A stretch of DNA of 64,000 nt. Source: Candidatus Thorarchaeota archaeon. Its GTDB lineage: Archaea > Asgardarchaeota > Thorarchaeia > Thorarchaeales > Thorarchaeaceae. Each line of letters begins with the position of its first letter. Positions within the stretch are counted from its first letter, which is position 1. The stretch spans positions 1-64,000 of the forward strand of contig JBHLQH010000016.1 in NCBI GenBank assembly GCA_048884965.1, in the 5' to 3' direction. A program made the translations under genes and the position numbers. The notes beneath the pieces are model-generated. The model did no database searches. It was not told where the DNA came from and was given only the letters and a program-made list of their open reading frames with translations. Positions 18,839 to 27,778 of the stretch are shown here, piece after piece.

Positions 18839-20800
18839 ATGCCCGACAAGCGAATAGGCGTCTTCATCTGCCACTGTGGATCTAACATTGCTGGCGTAGT
18901 TGACGTAGAGGCTGTCAGTGAGGCGATCAAGGACCTCCCTGATGTTGAAATAGTGTCTGATTACAAATACGTCTGCTCCAAGCCTGGACAGCAGCTTCTC
19001 AAGGAAAAAGTGCACAAACATCGTCTTGATAGGATAGTCATCGCCGCATGCTCCCCTCGGATGCATGAGCCAACCTTTAGACAGGCAATGCGAGAAGCAG
19101 GCCTCAATCCCTACATGCTGGAGATTGCAAACATTAGAGAGCATGTGAGCTGGATTCACTCCGGACAACCTGAAGAGGCCACTGAGAAAGCAATAGACCT
19201 CGTGAGAATGGCCATCGCTCGAGCACGATTATTGGAGCCTTTGAAGGAATCAGAGGTGGATGTGAAGAAGTCCACGCTGGTGATAGGCGGGGGTATTGCA
19301 GGTATCTCTGCAGCCTTGGACCTTGCTAATGCTGGCTTCAAGGTGTATCTAGTAGAGAAGGAAGCCACAATTGGTGGAAAGATGGCAAGATGGGACAAGA
19401 CATTCCCGACGCTCGATTGCTCCTCCTGTATCCTGACTCCTCGGATGGCGGAGGTTGGTGCACATCCCAATATTGAGCTGCTGACCATGTCAGAGGTAAA
19501 GAAAGTGGATGGCTATGTTGGGAACTTCAAGGTCACGATTGAACAAACTCCTCGATATGTCGATCTTGAGAAATGCACCTCTTGTGGAGATTGTGCTGAT
19601 ATCTGTCCAGTGGACATTCCATGTGAGTTCAATGCGAACCTATGTTATAGGAAAGCGATTTTCATACCGTTTGCACAAGCAGTGCCATCAGCATACGTAC
19701 TAGACATGAAGAATTGCCTAGGAATTGAAGCGATAAAATGTGGAAAATGTGAAACTGTCTGTGAGGCAAAAGCGATTAGTTATGATGATACAGAGAAGAT
19801 TATGGAGATTGAAGTAGGGACAATTATTGTATCAACTGGCTTCGAACTCTTTGATGCCTCGCAGAAGCAAGAGTATGGCTATGGTGAATATCCGAATGTC
19901 GTAAACCTCGGAGAGATTGAACGGATGCTCAGTTCTGCAGGACCTACGCAAGGTCATATCGTGCGCCCCTCTGATACTAAGGATGCACAGAAGATCGTCT
20001 ACGTACAATGCGTTGGCAGTCGAGATGAACTGACGAATAAGTACTGCTCACGAGTCTGCTGCATGACGGCAATAAAGCAAGCAAGAATGATTCGTGACAA
20101 GACAGGAGCTCAGATATACGTATTCTACATCGACCTTCGAAGCTTTGGCAAGGGCTATGAAGAGTTCTATGAATCTACTGCCCAAGCTGGCGTGACCTTC
20201 ATTCGGGGCCGAGTAGGAGAAATCATAGAGAACGATGACCAGACTCTCACTGTTCGTGGCGAAGATACCCTCCTAGGTAAGCCAATCACCTTTGAGGATA
20301 TTGACCTCGTGGTGCTATCAACAGGAGTAGTACCTCCTGCTTCTGCGAAAGACATGGCACATGTGTTGAACCTTAGTCCTTCGCCCGATGGATTCCTCTT
20401 GGAGGCTCATCCCAAACTGCGACCAGTGGACTCTTTCAATGATGGCATCTTTGTTGCAGGTATGGCACAGGGACCCAAAGATATCCCTGATACAGTGGCT
20501 CAGGCAAAAGCTGCAGCATCAGGTGCGATGGCTTTGATGGGCAAGGGTAAGATCAGTGTCGAGCCCTACTACAGTATTGTTGATGAGGATAGGTGTGCGG
20601 GATGCCAAGTCTGTATATCAGTGTGCCCCTACAATGCGATCAAATTGAATGATCGAGGCGTTTCGGAGGTCAATCCAGCGATTTGCAAGGGGTGTGGAAC
20701 TTGTACTTCGACATGTCCAAGTGGTGCAATTTCCTCGCAGCATTATACTGATGGACAGATTGCTGCAATGATTTCTGAATACCTAGAAGCTCGAGAATGA
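18839..20800 (+). CDS. hdrA: Heterodisulfide reductase subunit A (second copy, no MvhD fusion)
   Basis: IGVFICHCGSNI, AACSPRMHE, GGGIAG, DKTFPTLDCSSCIL, CVGSRD, YCSRVCC, HPKLRPV, two C-terminal ferredoxin motifs. Confidence 0.95.
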   Translation: MPDKRIGVFICHCGSNIAGVVDVEAVSEAIKDLPDVEIVSDYKYVCSKPGQQLLKEKVHKHRLDRIVIAACSPRMHEPTFRQAMREAGLNPYMLEIANIREHVSWIHSGQPEEATEKAIDLVRMAIARARLLEPLKESEVDVKKSTLVIGGGIAGISAALDLANAGFKVYLVEKEATIGGKMARWDKTFPTLDCSSCILTPRMAEVGAHPNIELLTMSEVKKVDGYVGNFKVTIEQTPRYVDLEKCTSCGDCADICPVDIPCEFNANLCYRKAIFIPFAQAVPSAYVLDMKNCLGIEAIKCGKCETVCEAKAISYDDTEKIMEIEVGTIIVSTGFELFDASQKQEYGYGEYPNVVNLGEIERMLSSAGPTQGHIVRPSDTKDAQKIVYVQCVGSRDELTNKYCSRVCCMTAIKQARMIRDKTGAQIYVFYIDLRSFGKGYEEFYESTAQAGVTFIRGRVGEIIENDDQTLTVRGEDTLLGKPITFEDIDLVVLSTGVVPPASAKDMAHVLNLSPSPDGFLLEAHPKLRPVDSFNDGIFVAGMAQGPKDIPDTVAQAKAAASGAMALMGKGKISVEPYYSIVDEDRCAGCQVCISVCPYNAIKLNDRGVSEVNPAICKGCGTCTSTCPSGAISSQHYTDGQIAAMISEYLEARE

Positions 20801-20805
20801 TTCAA

Positions 20806-20844
20806 TGAAGGGGATTCCATTCCTCTTCATCTACATTCTTTTTT
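20806..20844 (+). terminator. Imperfect hairpin plus T-run after the second hdrA
   Basis: ATGAAGGG...CCTCTTCAT inverted repeat followed by a T-rich tract. Confidence 0.45.
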
Positions 20845-20953
20845 GTTGAGGAAACTAATCCTGAATGCTCACAACTCTCCGATGATTGTTGAGCAAAGCG
20901 TTTCGAAGCTGTGGAATCCTAGTGCTTATCAGTGAGAAAGTAGATGCTTCTAA

Positions 20954-22321
20954 TTGGTCATAGAAGTGTCCGAGCAAGAGAATCATAATCTGCCATCTAC
21001 AGAATCGCCTCCTTATACTGCAATCTTCTGGGACATCGAGAACGTACATGATGAACCTGCAACTCATCAGAGAATGACAGAAACGATTAGGGAGAAAGGA
21101 AATGTCGTTAAAGCATTCGCATTTGCTGATTGGGACTCAAGGAGACAAATCGCTGAGAGTCTTCATAGCTTGGGTTATGATCTCATACATGTTCCAGATT
21201 CAAGGGACAATGCTGCAGACTATAAGATGGCTGCATACATTCTGGAGCACTTGGTGAGGTATCCAGAAACGCACCAATATGTCATGGTTTCAGGTGATGG
21301 CGACTTTAAGCTACTTGCAGGAGCTCTTAGAGAGAAGGGATTCGACCTCTGGATCATTAGCAATCCAATCATCACCGCATCAGAGTTGACAGGAATTGCT
21401 TCAACATACTCGGACATCTACTCGTTCAGACCATCGAAGCTGCCATGCTCAAGCCCTGAGGACTGTGAGAAGCTGATGGGAGATGTCAAAGAGATGCGAC
21501 GAATAGCAGCGATTCGACTCCAAGAATCTATTATTGCAATAGAAGAAGCTGGGAACCGACCGGGTATTGGCCATGTGAAACATGTGATGACCGCACTAAA
21601 TCCAACCTTTACCGAAAGAATACTGGGATTTCGTAGCTGGAATGAGTTTCTCGATTGGGCTGAGTATGAAGAGTACGTAAAACGGGAGGGTGAGCTTCCT
21701 GCAACTATCCTTACGATCCCAGAGAAATCATCACAAGAGAGACTCGAGATTTCGAAGAAAGCAAAAGAGGCTTTCAAAACACTCTGTCAGGTTGTAGAGG
21801 GACAAATTGAGCAGGGAGCAGAACCTACACTTGAAGATCTGAAGCAGCCCCTACAAGGCAAAGGAATCGACCACTCTTCACTAGGATATCCGACCTTAGC
21901 TGATTTTGTTCTTGCAGCAGAGAAGAGGGGATTCATAAGAGTCGTTTCCGTTGATGACGAAACACCCAAGATCATACCAGATGTAACAGTAGATAGAGTA
22001 AGGTCATGGTTTGAAGAAAACATCAACGAGTATTTTGGCGAGGTAACGAAGGTTCCTAAGAAGGAATTTCTTGAGAAGATTGCCGCCCTTTTGGTTGGCA
22101 GTCGAACCTCTCTGAAGAAGCTGGAATCGTACCTGCATGATAAACACATACGAAAAGAATACGAGAGTATCTTGGCAGCAAGTGAACTTCTTTTCCTACC
22201 ACCATTTCAAATGAGCATGGCGCATGTTTTCTTGGGTCAAGGATTCAATTGCTCACAAGTAGTGGAGAAGGTCAATGTGGAGCTTGAGCCATTGGGTATC
22301 ACTCTAAAATGCCAATCGTGA
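20954..22321 (+). CDS. NYN (LabA/DUF88, PIN-like) nuclease with OST-HTH/LOTUS-like repeats
   Basis: AIFWDIENV, DNAADYKM, VSGDGDF acidic motifs; FTERILGFRSWNEFL and DHSSLGYPTLADFV resemble the LOTUS signature. Confidence 0.8.
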   Translation: MVIEVSEQENHNLPSTESPPYTAIFWDIENVHDEPATHQRMTETIREKGNVVKAFAFADWDSRRQIAESLHSLGYDLIHVPDSRDNAADYKMAAYILEHLVRYPETHQYVMVSGDGDFKLLAGALREKGFDLWIISNPIITASELTGIASTYSDIYSFRPSKLPCSSPEDCEKLMGDVKEMRRIAAIRLQESIIAIEEAGNRPGIGHVKHVMTALNPTFTERILGFRSWNEFLDWAEYEEYVKREGELPATILTIPEKSSQERLEISKKAKEAFKTLCQVVEGQIEQGAEPTLEDLKQPLQGKGIDHSSLGYPTLADFVLAAEKRGFIRVVSVDDETPKIIPDVTVDRVRSWFEENINEYFGEVTKVPKKEFLEKIAALLVGSRTSLKKLESYLHDKHIRKEYESILAASELLFLPPFQMSMAHVFLGQGFNCSQVVEKVNVELEPLGITLKCQS

Positions 22322-22385
22322 AAAGCCAAGCGATTATATACTATGGTGGATGTTGTTCGGTACTCTTGCAATGGGGAAATGATAG

Positions 22386-23462
22386 ATGCAAAATGCCTGG
22401 GAAAGACTAGCTGCAGTTCTGGATAAGATTCCGAATAGCTATACTCATGTCGATGATGATAGTCATATTGCTCTCTTGAAATGGATTTTCACAGAAGAGG
22501 AAGCAGAGTTAGCAAGTAGAATGAAGCTTCGGGGAGAAACTGCAGAGGAGATGGGCCAACGATTGGAAGAAACTCCATCTTATCTCACACCTCTTCTCGA
22601 AACTATGACAAAGAAAGGACAAATTCGGGCATGGAACTCCAGCACTGGAAGGCGCTATTGCCTAATACCATTCGCTGTAGGAATTTGGGAAGAGCAAGTA
22701 GGACGTATGGACAAGGATTTTGCTCGATTGGCTGAAGACTATTTCAGAAAGGGGAAAGGAGCGGGATTATTCGATACAGAACCAGCAATAATGAAAGTAA
22801 TCCCAGTAAATAAGGCAATAAAATCCGAACTTGAGATAAAGCCATACCAAATAGCTGAGAATCTTATCAATGCTTCAAAATCATGGGGAGTCAGAGAATG
22901 TATCTGTAAAAAACAGCAGAATATGTTGGATAACCCCTGTAGTTATCCAGATACGGTCTGTATAATCTTAGGAAAGAATGAGGATTCACTTGCTGAGGAT
23001 GAACAGACGATCAAGCTCACAAGAGAAGAAGCTCTAGAGAAATTAAGAGAGGCAGAAGATGCAGGACTGGTTCACTGTACAATGAATATGCAAAGTGGTC
23101 ACTATTACATCTGCAACTGTTGCACATGTTGCTGTCAAGTACTTAGAGGCGTTTCAGAAGCTGGTCAACCATATGCATATGTGAAGTCAGATTACATAAT
23201 ATCGGTGGATGAGGATTTGTGCAGTGGATGTGAAACATGTGTTGAAAGATGTCAATTTGATGCTCTTTCAGTGCCAGATGATATCGTATCCATTGATAGT
23301 AATCGATGTATTGGTTGTGGAGTATGTGCAGTAACATGCCCAGAAGATGCACTTTCGCTAATTGATAGACCAGGCGAACATAAAGAACCACCTGAGAAAT
23401 TCATGGACTGGATGACGCAAAAGGCGATGTCACGCGGCGTAGATCCTTCGGATCTTCTCTAG
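22386..23462 (+). CDS. Fe-S protein: N-terminal wHTH-like region, Cys-rich core and C-terminal 2x[4Fe-4S] ferredoxin
   Basis: CICKK, GLVHC, ICNCCTCCC, CSGCETCVERC, CIGCGVCAVTCP. Confidence 0.85.
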   Translation: MQNAWERLAAVLDKIPNSYTHVDDDSHIALLKWIFTEEEAELASRMKLRGETAEEMGQRLEETPSYLTPLLETMTKKGQIRAWNSSTGRRYCLIPFAVGIWEEQVGRMDKDFARLAEDYFRKGKGAGLFDTEPAIMKVIPVNKAIKSELEIKPYQIAENLINASKSWGVRECICKKQQNMLDNPCSYPDTVCIILGKNEDSLAEDEQTIKLTREEALEKLREAEDAGLVHCTMNMQSGHYYICNCCTCCCQVLRGVSEAGQPYAYVKSDYIISVDEDLCSGCETCVERCQFDALSVPDDIVSIDSNRCIGCGVCAVTCPEDALSLIDRPGEHKEPPEKFMDWMTQKAMSRGVDPSDLL

Positions 23463-23529
23463 AATTCGCGCTCTGGATTTCATTGGTGCATATCTACATA
23501 AGATAGGCATAGTTGATTAGAGTAGAGAA

Positions 23530-24981
23530 GTGGTGTATGGTATGGATGCTGAAGAGCTACTGAAAAAGTATGGTTCAAAGATTGATAGACTATACGATAC
23601 AGTAGCATCAGTGGATGTTTTCGAACGCCAATTCGGAGCTGAGCTGACCTCCTGGGAGCTTCAACTCCAGAGGCAGTTCCAAGAGAAGAGAACAGGTAGA
23701 AACCTGCACTACAGAGGCTTTGTACATTTCACAAGAAACCCATCTGTTATCCTTCTAAGCCCAAGCCCTTGGATGATAGAGGGTACTTTCATTTATTTTC
23801 AACAGGACAAGGAGATTCCACCCGACGGAGCGTACATCGAAGTAATAGGACCGTCAATTGTTATTCCTCGTGTTCTTGAAAGGACCCAACAGTTCGTTAG
23901 AGCGATTAATGCAGAAGATGTTCAAGTAATAGCTCACGACCTAGCAGCACAAGTAACAGCTCCACCCAGGCTAAGGGATCTGACATCAATGCTATTCGAG
24001 AATGTAGGAATGGCCAATGCAAGCAAAAGGGTCTTTGGTCAGCTGTACGTTTCCAGCCCGCCAACATTAGAAACGATTGGTGGACTTACTGCAGGAATCC
24101 AAGCAATTGCCTCTGAAAAGCAAATCAAGAAACTCTTCCGGTTTATGGGAGGTGTTCTACCTCCATCTATGCGCTCAAGCAAGAGAACTCGAAAGAATGT
24201 CCAGGGGGTACTTGTGGACACTCCCAAGTTATGGCGAATGGAATCAGGTTCAGTTAGTCAATCCAAGATGGAAACGTTGTGCGTCAAGCGAAGAGACCCT
24301 GCTGGATTCAGAGAAGTTTCTCTGGCTGCTCTTACAGAGGAATCTACTGGAACCATGCCAGACATTCCAATCGCTCTGGCGACAGAAGATTTCTGGATTG
24401 AGAGTGGAAATCCTGCAAGCTATCGATTGCCGATCATAAAAGCAGCCATCACATACCAGCTTATCTCACCTGAGGTTAGTAAACGAAGTATTGATTCGGG
24501 AATATCATACATTGAAGAACGACTTGAAACGTTACGAAATAGCTTTGGACTTGAGGAGAAATCACTGGCACGCGGTCGTATATTAGATGCGGATGTAATG
24601 GGCAAGCCGCTCAGTGCAGTCAAACTAGCCCGTGCATCCGCGAGGGCTGCATGGGTAACAAAAGTAGCTTCAAAGGATATCAAGAAAGCATGGGATAAGA
24701 TTCTTGAGCCAGCATTGAAGGAATATATCGAGATTGCAGAGATAAAAGAAGGAGCTTCATCCCAGTGGGGCAAAGAAACCCGTTTAGACAACTATAACAC
24801 CAAAGTGCTTCGGGCTCTCCAAAAATTGGATTCTGGAAAGAAGGGCAGCCCCGGTCCCACACTTGATGAGATTGCCCAAGAAGCGGGTGTGGAGAAGCAC
24901 GAGGTCGCCCAGACTCTCCATCAGATGAAAGATGACGGAATCGTGTATGAGCCACGATTAGGTCATTATCGATTGGTCTAG
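23530..24981 (+). CDS. Uncharacterised protein; candidate degenerate MCM-like protein with C-terminal winged helix
   Basis: 483-aa ORF. AAA-lid-like segment SAVKLARASARAAWVTKVASKDIKKA; C-terminus LHQMKDDGIVYEPRLGHYRLV; no Walker A or B found. Confidence 0.55.
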   Translation: MVYGMDAEELLKKYGSKIDRLYDTVASVDVFERQFGAELTSWELQLQRQFQEKRTGRNLHYRGFVHFTRNPSVILLSPSPWMIEGTFIYFQQDKEIPPDGAYIEVIGPSIVIPRVLERTQQFVRAINAEDVQVIAHDLAAQVTAPPRLRDLTSMLFENVGMANASKRVFGQLYVSSPPTLETIGGLTAGIQAIASEKQIKKLFRFMGGVLPPSMRSSKRTRKNVQGVLVDTPKLWRMESGSVSQSKMETLCVKRRDPAGFREVSLAALTEESTGTMPDIPIALATEDFWIESGNPASYRLPIIKAAITYQLISPEVSKRSIDSGISYIEERLETLRNSFGLEEKSLARGRILDADVMGKPLSAVKLARASARAAWVTKVASKDIKKAWDKILEPALKEYIEIAEIKEGASSQWGKETRLDNYNTKVLRALQKLDSGKKGSPGPTLDEIAQEAGVEKHEVAQTLHQMKDDGIVYEPRLGHYRLV

Positions 24982-24984
24982 TAT

Positions 24985-25581
24985 CTACGCAAAGCCTTTC
25001 CAGAACTCGTCAGGTTCTTGGCCTTCTTCTATGAGTTCGATCTCTTGTACTCCAACACGTTCAGCATCATATCTTCTGGCTATCATCGTACCATCAAATT
25101 TCTCACGGGCACTTGCGCCTTTTCCACGCCAGACAAAGATGTCCTCCCAAGTATCTAGTACAAAGACATCATCACTCTTCAAGGAAGACCTCTCAAGAGG
25201 GACTTCTGCAAAGAAGGTTTCATCACCTTCATGGTGAACACGCCAAAGCTTGAACTCGTGGGTTTCTAGATGCACCTTCTTCAAGATACCCTCAGTATCC
25301 TCATCAGTGAGGCGGAAGTCGTCAAATAATGCTTTGAATGCCTCTGGTTCCTGTCCACCATCAATATGATCAATGTCAGCATGTCCTTTTCGTGCGGTAT
25401 CCTTGAAAACAGCTTCTGCCGCAGCAAGGAATTTCTCGTCAACAGAGCTATTCGGTCCTATCCAGATGTATATCTTGACACCTGCATCGACCAAGTAGCA
25501 GTCTCCTCTACCAAAGGCACCGGGATCCTTCATCTTGACTAGGTTGCCTTTTTGGATATGAAATACGACTGGTTCAGCCAT
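24985..25581 (-). CDS. Two-domain gelsolin-like actin regulator
   Basis: Two gelsolin repeats: GDCYLVDAGVKIYIWIGPNSSVDEK...GQEPEAF and SLKSDDVFVLDTWEDIFVWRGKGASAREK...EGQEPDEFW. Confidence 0.92.
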   Translation of the reverse strand: MAEPVVFHIQKGNLVKMKDPGAFGRGDCYLVDAGVKIYIWIGPNSSVDEKFLAAAEAVFKDTARKGHADIDHIDGGQEPEAFKALFDDFRLTDEDTEGILKKVHLETHEFKLWRVHHEGDETFFAEVPLERSSLKSDDVFVLDTWEDIFVWRGKGASAREKFDGTMIARRYDAERVGVQEIELIEEGQEPDEFWKGFA

Positions 25582-25719
25582 TGTTAATTCTCCTCGGATT
25601 TGTAACTCTACATTCGTGTATAAATGAAAGTCCGATGGAATCTATTCTTGTATTGAGGGAGAGAGTCTTAAGTAGAATGTCTAGATTAAGAATGAGTATG
25701 AATTATTGAGGATGCGAAG

Positions 25720-26526
25720 GTGCCCGAACTCCCTGAGTTAGAATCAATTGCCTCCAAACTTTCAGAGAGTCTTATTGGTGCGACAATCACAGAAGCGAAA
25801 GTCTACAACCATATCATACTATATGGCGCAACTGTAGATGAATTTGAACGGGGAACGGCGAATTGCTCCTTCAGAGCATTTCGAGCAGATGGGAAGTTCC
25901 TGATAATTTCTCTTTCAAATGATATCGAGATTGTCATCAATCCAATGCTAACAGGAAGGATCAGATTGGCGAGGATTCCTCGAAAACCCATCAAGGAGGA
26001 TGCGATCTCTCTTACTATTGACGAGAGGTCTCTATGGTACAGCGATAGGAAACAAATGGGTAGAGTCTATCTTGTTAGGGATCAAGACTACTCGCAGGTT
26101 GCTGATTTTGCAGATAGGGGACCATCAGCGTTGGATCCGAATCTGACACTGGATATCTTCAAACAGAGGATTCGCAAGCATAATGGGCAGATCAAGAATG
26201 TCTTGCGAAACCAGAGATTCGTAAAGGGTATTGGCAATGCATATGCAGATGAGATCCTGCTGTTTGCTGGAATCCTACCTTTTCGAAATAGATCCTCACT
26301 ATCTAAAGAAGAAATCGAAAAGCTATACGAGTCTATGAGAAAGATCCTTAGCAAGTTCAAGGAGATCCTGATGAAGCGACCAATCAATGAGATAGCATTA
26401 GAGAAACGGGATTTCCTCATGATTCATGGCAAACATAAGGGAGTATGTCCCCTCTGCGGAAACAGGGTCTCTGAGGTGACAGCAAACCGCTTCAAGACCA
26501 ATTTCTGCCAGACTTGCCAGAAATAG
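25720..26526 (+). CDS. Fpg/Nei-family DNA glycosylase/AP lyase
   Basis: N-terminal PELPE, GKFL, H2TH motif GIGNAYADEIL, C-terminal zinc finger CPLC...FCQTCQ. Confidence 0.92.
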   Translation: MPELPELESIASKLSESLIGATITEAKVYNHIILYGATVDEFERGTANCSFRAFRADGKFLIISLSNDIEIVINPMLTGRIRLARIPRKPIKEDAISLTIDERSLWYSDRKQMGRVYLVRDQDYSQVADFADRGPSALDPNLTLDIFKQRIRKHNGQIKNVLRNQRFVKGIGNAYADEILLFAGILPFRNRSSLSKEEIEKLYESMRKILSKFKEILMKRPINEIALEKRDFLMIHGKHKGVCPLCGNRVSEVTANRFKTNFCQTCQK

Positions 26527-26597
26527 CACTTCGATATACTAATGAGTACGAAGGATACTCATCTGAGTGCTATACAGACAACGGGAGAGATCTTGCG

Positions 26598-27773
26598 ATG
26601 GACCAATGGGAGAAGGATTTCCTGAAAGATATTGTAAAGTACGACACGAACAGCGATGAGAAGAAGAACTATCTCGAGTGCTCGAAGGAGATCGAGAGGC
26701 GTTGCAAAGAGGCCGGCTTGCAGGTAGAGGTCTTCGACTCTAACCATGACGGAAAGCCGCAGCCAAATGTTGTCGCGACCCTAGATGTAGGTGCAAAGAA
26801 GACCGTCTTACTATGCACACACTATGATATTGTACCAGCAGGCGAAATAGATGCATGGAAGTACCCGCCTTTCGATACCACCATCAAAGGCGACAAGATA
26901 TACGGGAGAGGTGTCACAGATAACAAAGGTAACGTAGTAGCTTGTGTTGCGGCCGCGAAAGAATTGATTGCAAAGGATACCTCAAAGGTCAATCTCAAGA
27001 TCCTCATTAGTCCTAACGAGGAGATAGGTGGAGTCTGGGGTATAGACTACCTCATGAACGGACCTCCAAAGATCCGAGGAGACTTTGCACTCGTTGTTGA
27101 TTCTAGTCCAACCTATGTGAGCATCGGGGCAAGTGGCGTCATTGCAGGCACCATGACAATTCACGGAACTCAGGGACATGCAGGCTATCCCTTCAAGTTC
27201 GCTAATGCTATCCATCTTTCCATTCCATTCCTTCAGGTAATGCTTGATTATATTGATATCCGTCGAAAGGTCGAGTCTGAATACCCTGCACCTGCAGGAA
27301 GCCCTCACCAAACCCTCTGGGGAAGGTTCTCCATGACAGTCTATGAAGCTGGAAGCAAGACCAATACCATTCCAGGAAAAGCAAGAATCTCCTTTGATTG
27401 TAGGACCATACCAGAAGAGAATGTGGAAGATGTAGCGAAGAACCTTGCTGAGTTCTTCGAGAGAGCAAAGGAAGAAACAGGAGTGGAAGCCTCATTGGAG
27501 TTCAAGACCAAGCATGGAGGATGGGGGTCCAATCCCGAGAACCAGTTCATCAAATCGTTCCATACTGCAGCAAATGAGGTTTCGGAGAAAGAGATTCCAC
27601 TTTCAGCAGACCTTGGAGGAAATGATGGGGGCTATTTCACCTCTCATGACATTCCTACAGCGTGTTTTGGCACGATTGCAGATGATAGTAACTTCCATGG
27701 AATAGATGAGTGGCTGTCAATCAAGGATTATGAGAGGGTCAAGAACGCGATTATACACTTCGCAGAGATGTGA
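26598..27773 (+). CDS. M20-family metallopeptidase/deacylase (ArgE/DapE-like)
   Basis: THYDIVP, IYGRGVTDNKG, NEEIGG, GTQGHA, FHGIDE; start taken at MDQWEK. Confidence 0.9.
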   Translation: MDQWEKDFLKDIVKYDTNSDEKKNYLECSKEIERRCKEAGLQVEVFDSNHDGKPQPNVVATLDVGAKKTVLLCTHYDIVPAGEIDAWKYPPFDTTIKGDKIYGRGVTDNKGNVVACVAAAKELIAKDTSKVNLKILISPNEEIGGVWGIDYLMNGPPKIRGDFALVVDSSPTYVSIGASGVIAGTMTIHGTQGHAGYPFKFANAIHLSIPFLQVMLDYIDIRRKVESEYPAPAGSPHQTLWGRFSMTVYEAGSKTNTIPGKARISFDCRTIPEENVEDVAKNLAEFFERAKEETGVEASLEFKTKHGGWGSNPENQFIKSFHTAANEVSEKEIPLSADLGGNDGGYFTSHDIPTACFGTIADDSNFHGIDEWLSIKDYERVKNAIIHFAEM

Positions 27774-27778
27774 GGAAA

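Noticed and set aside
14724-20800. Selenocysteine recoding in HdrA/MvhD
   Set aside because: Both HdrA ORFs and the MvhD part are uninterrupted and have Cys at the relevant motifs (DCSICIL, DCSSCIL, CAFC, GCH..DCH); no in-frame TGA needs explaining.
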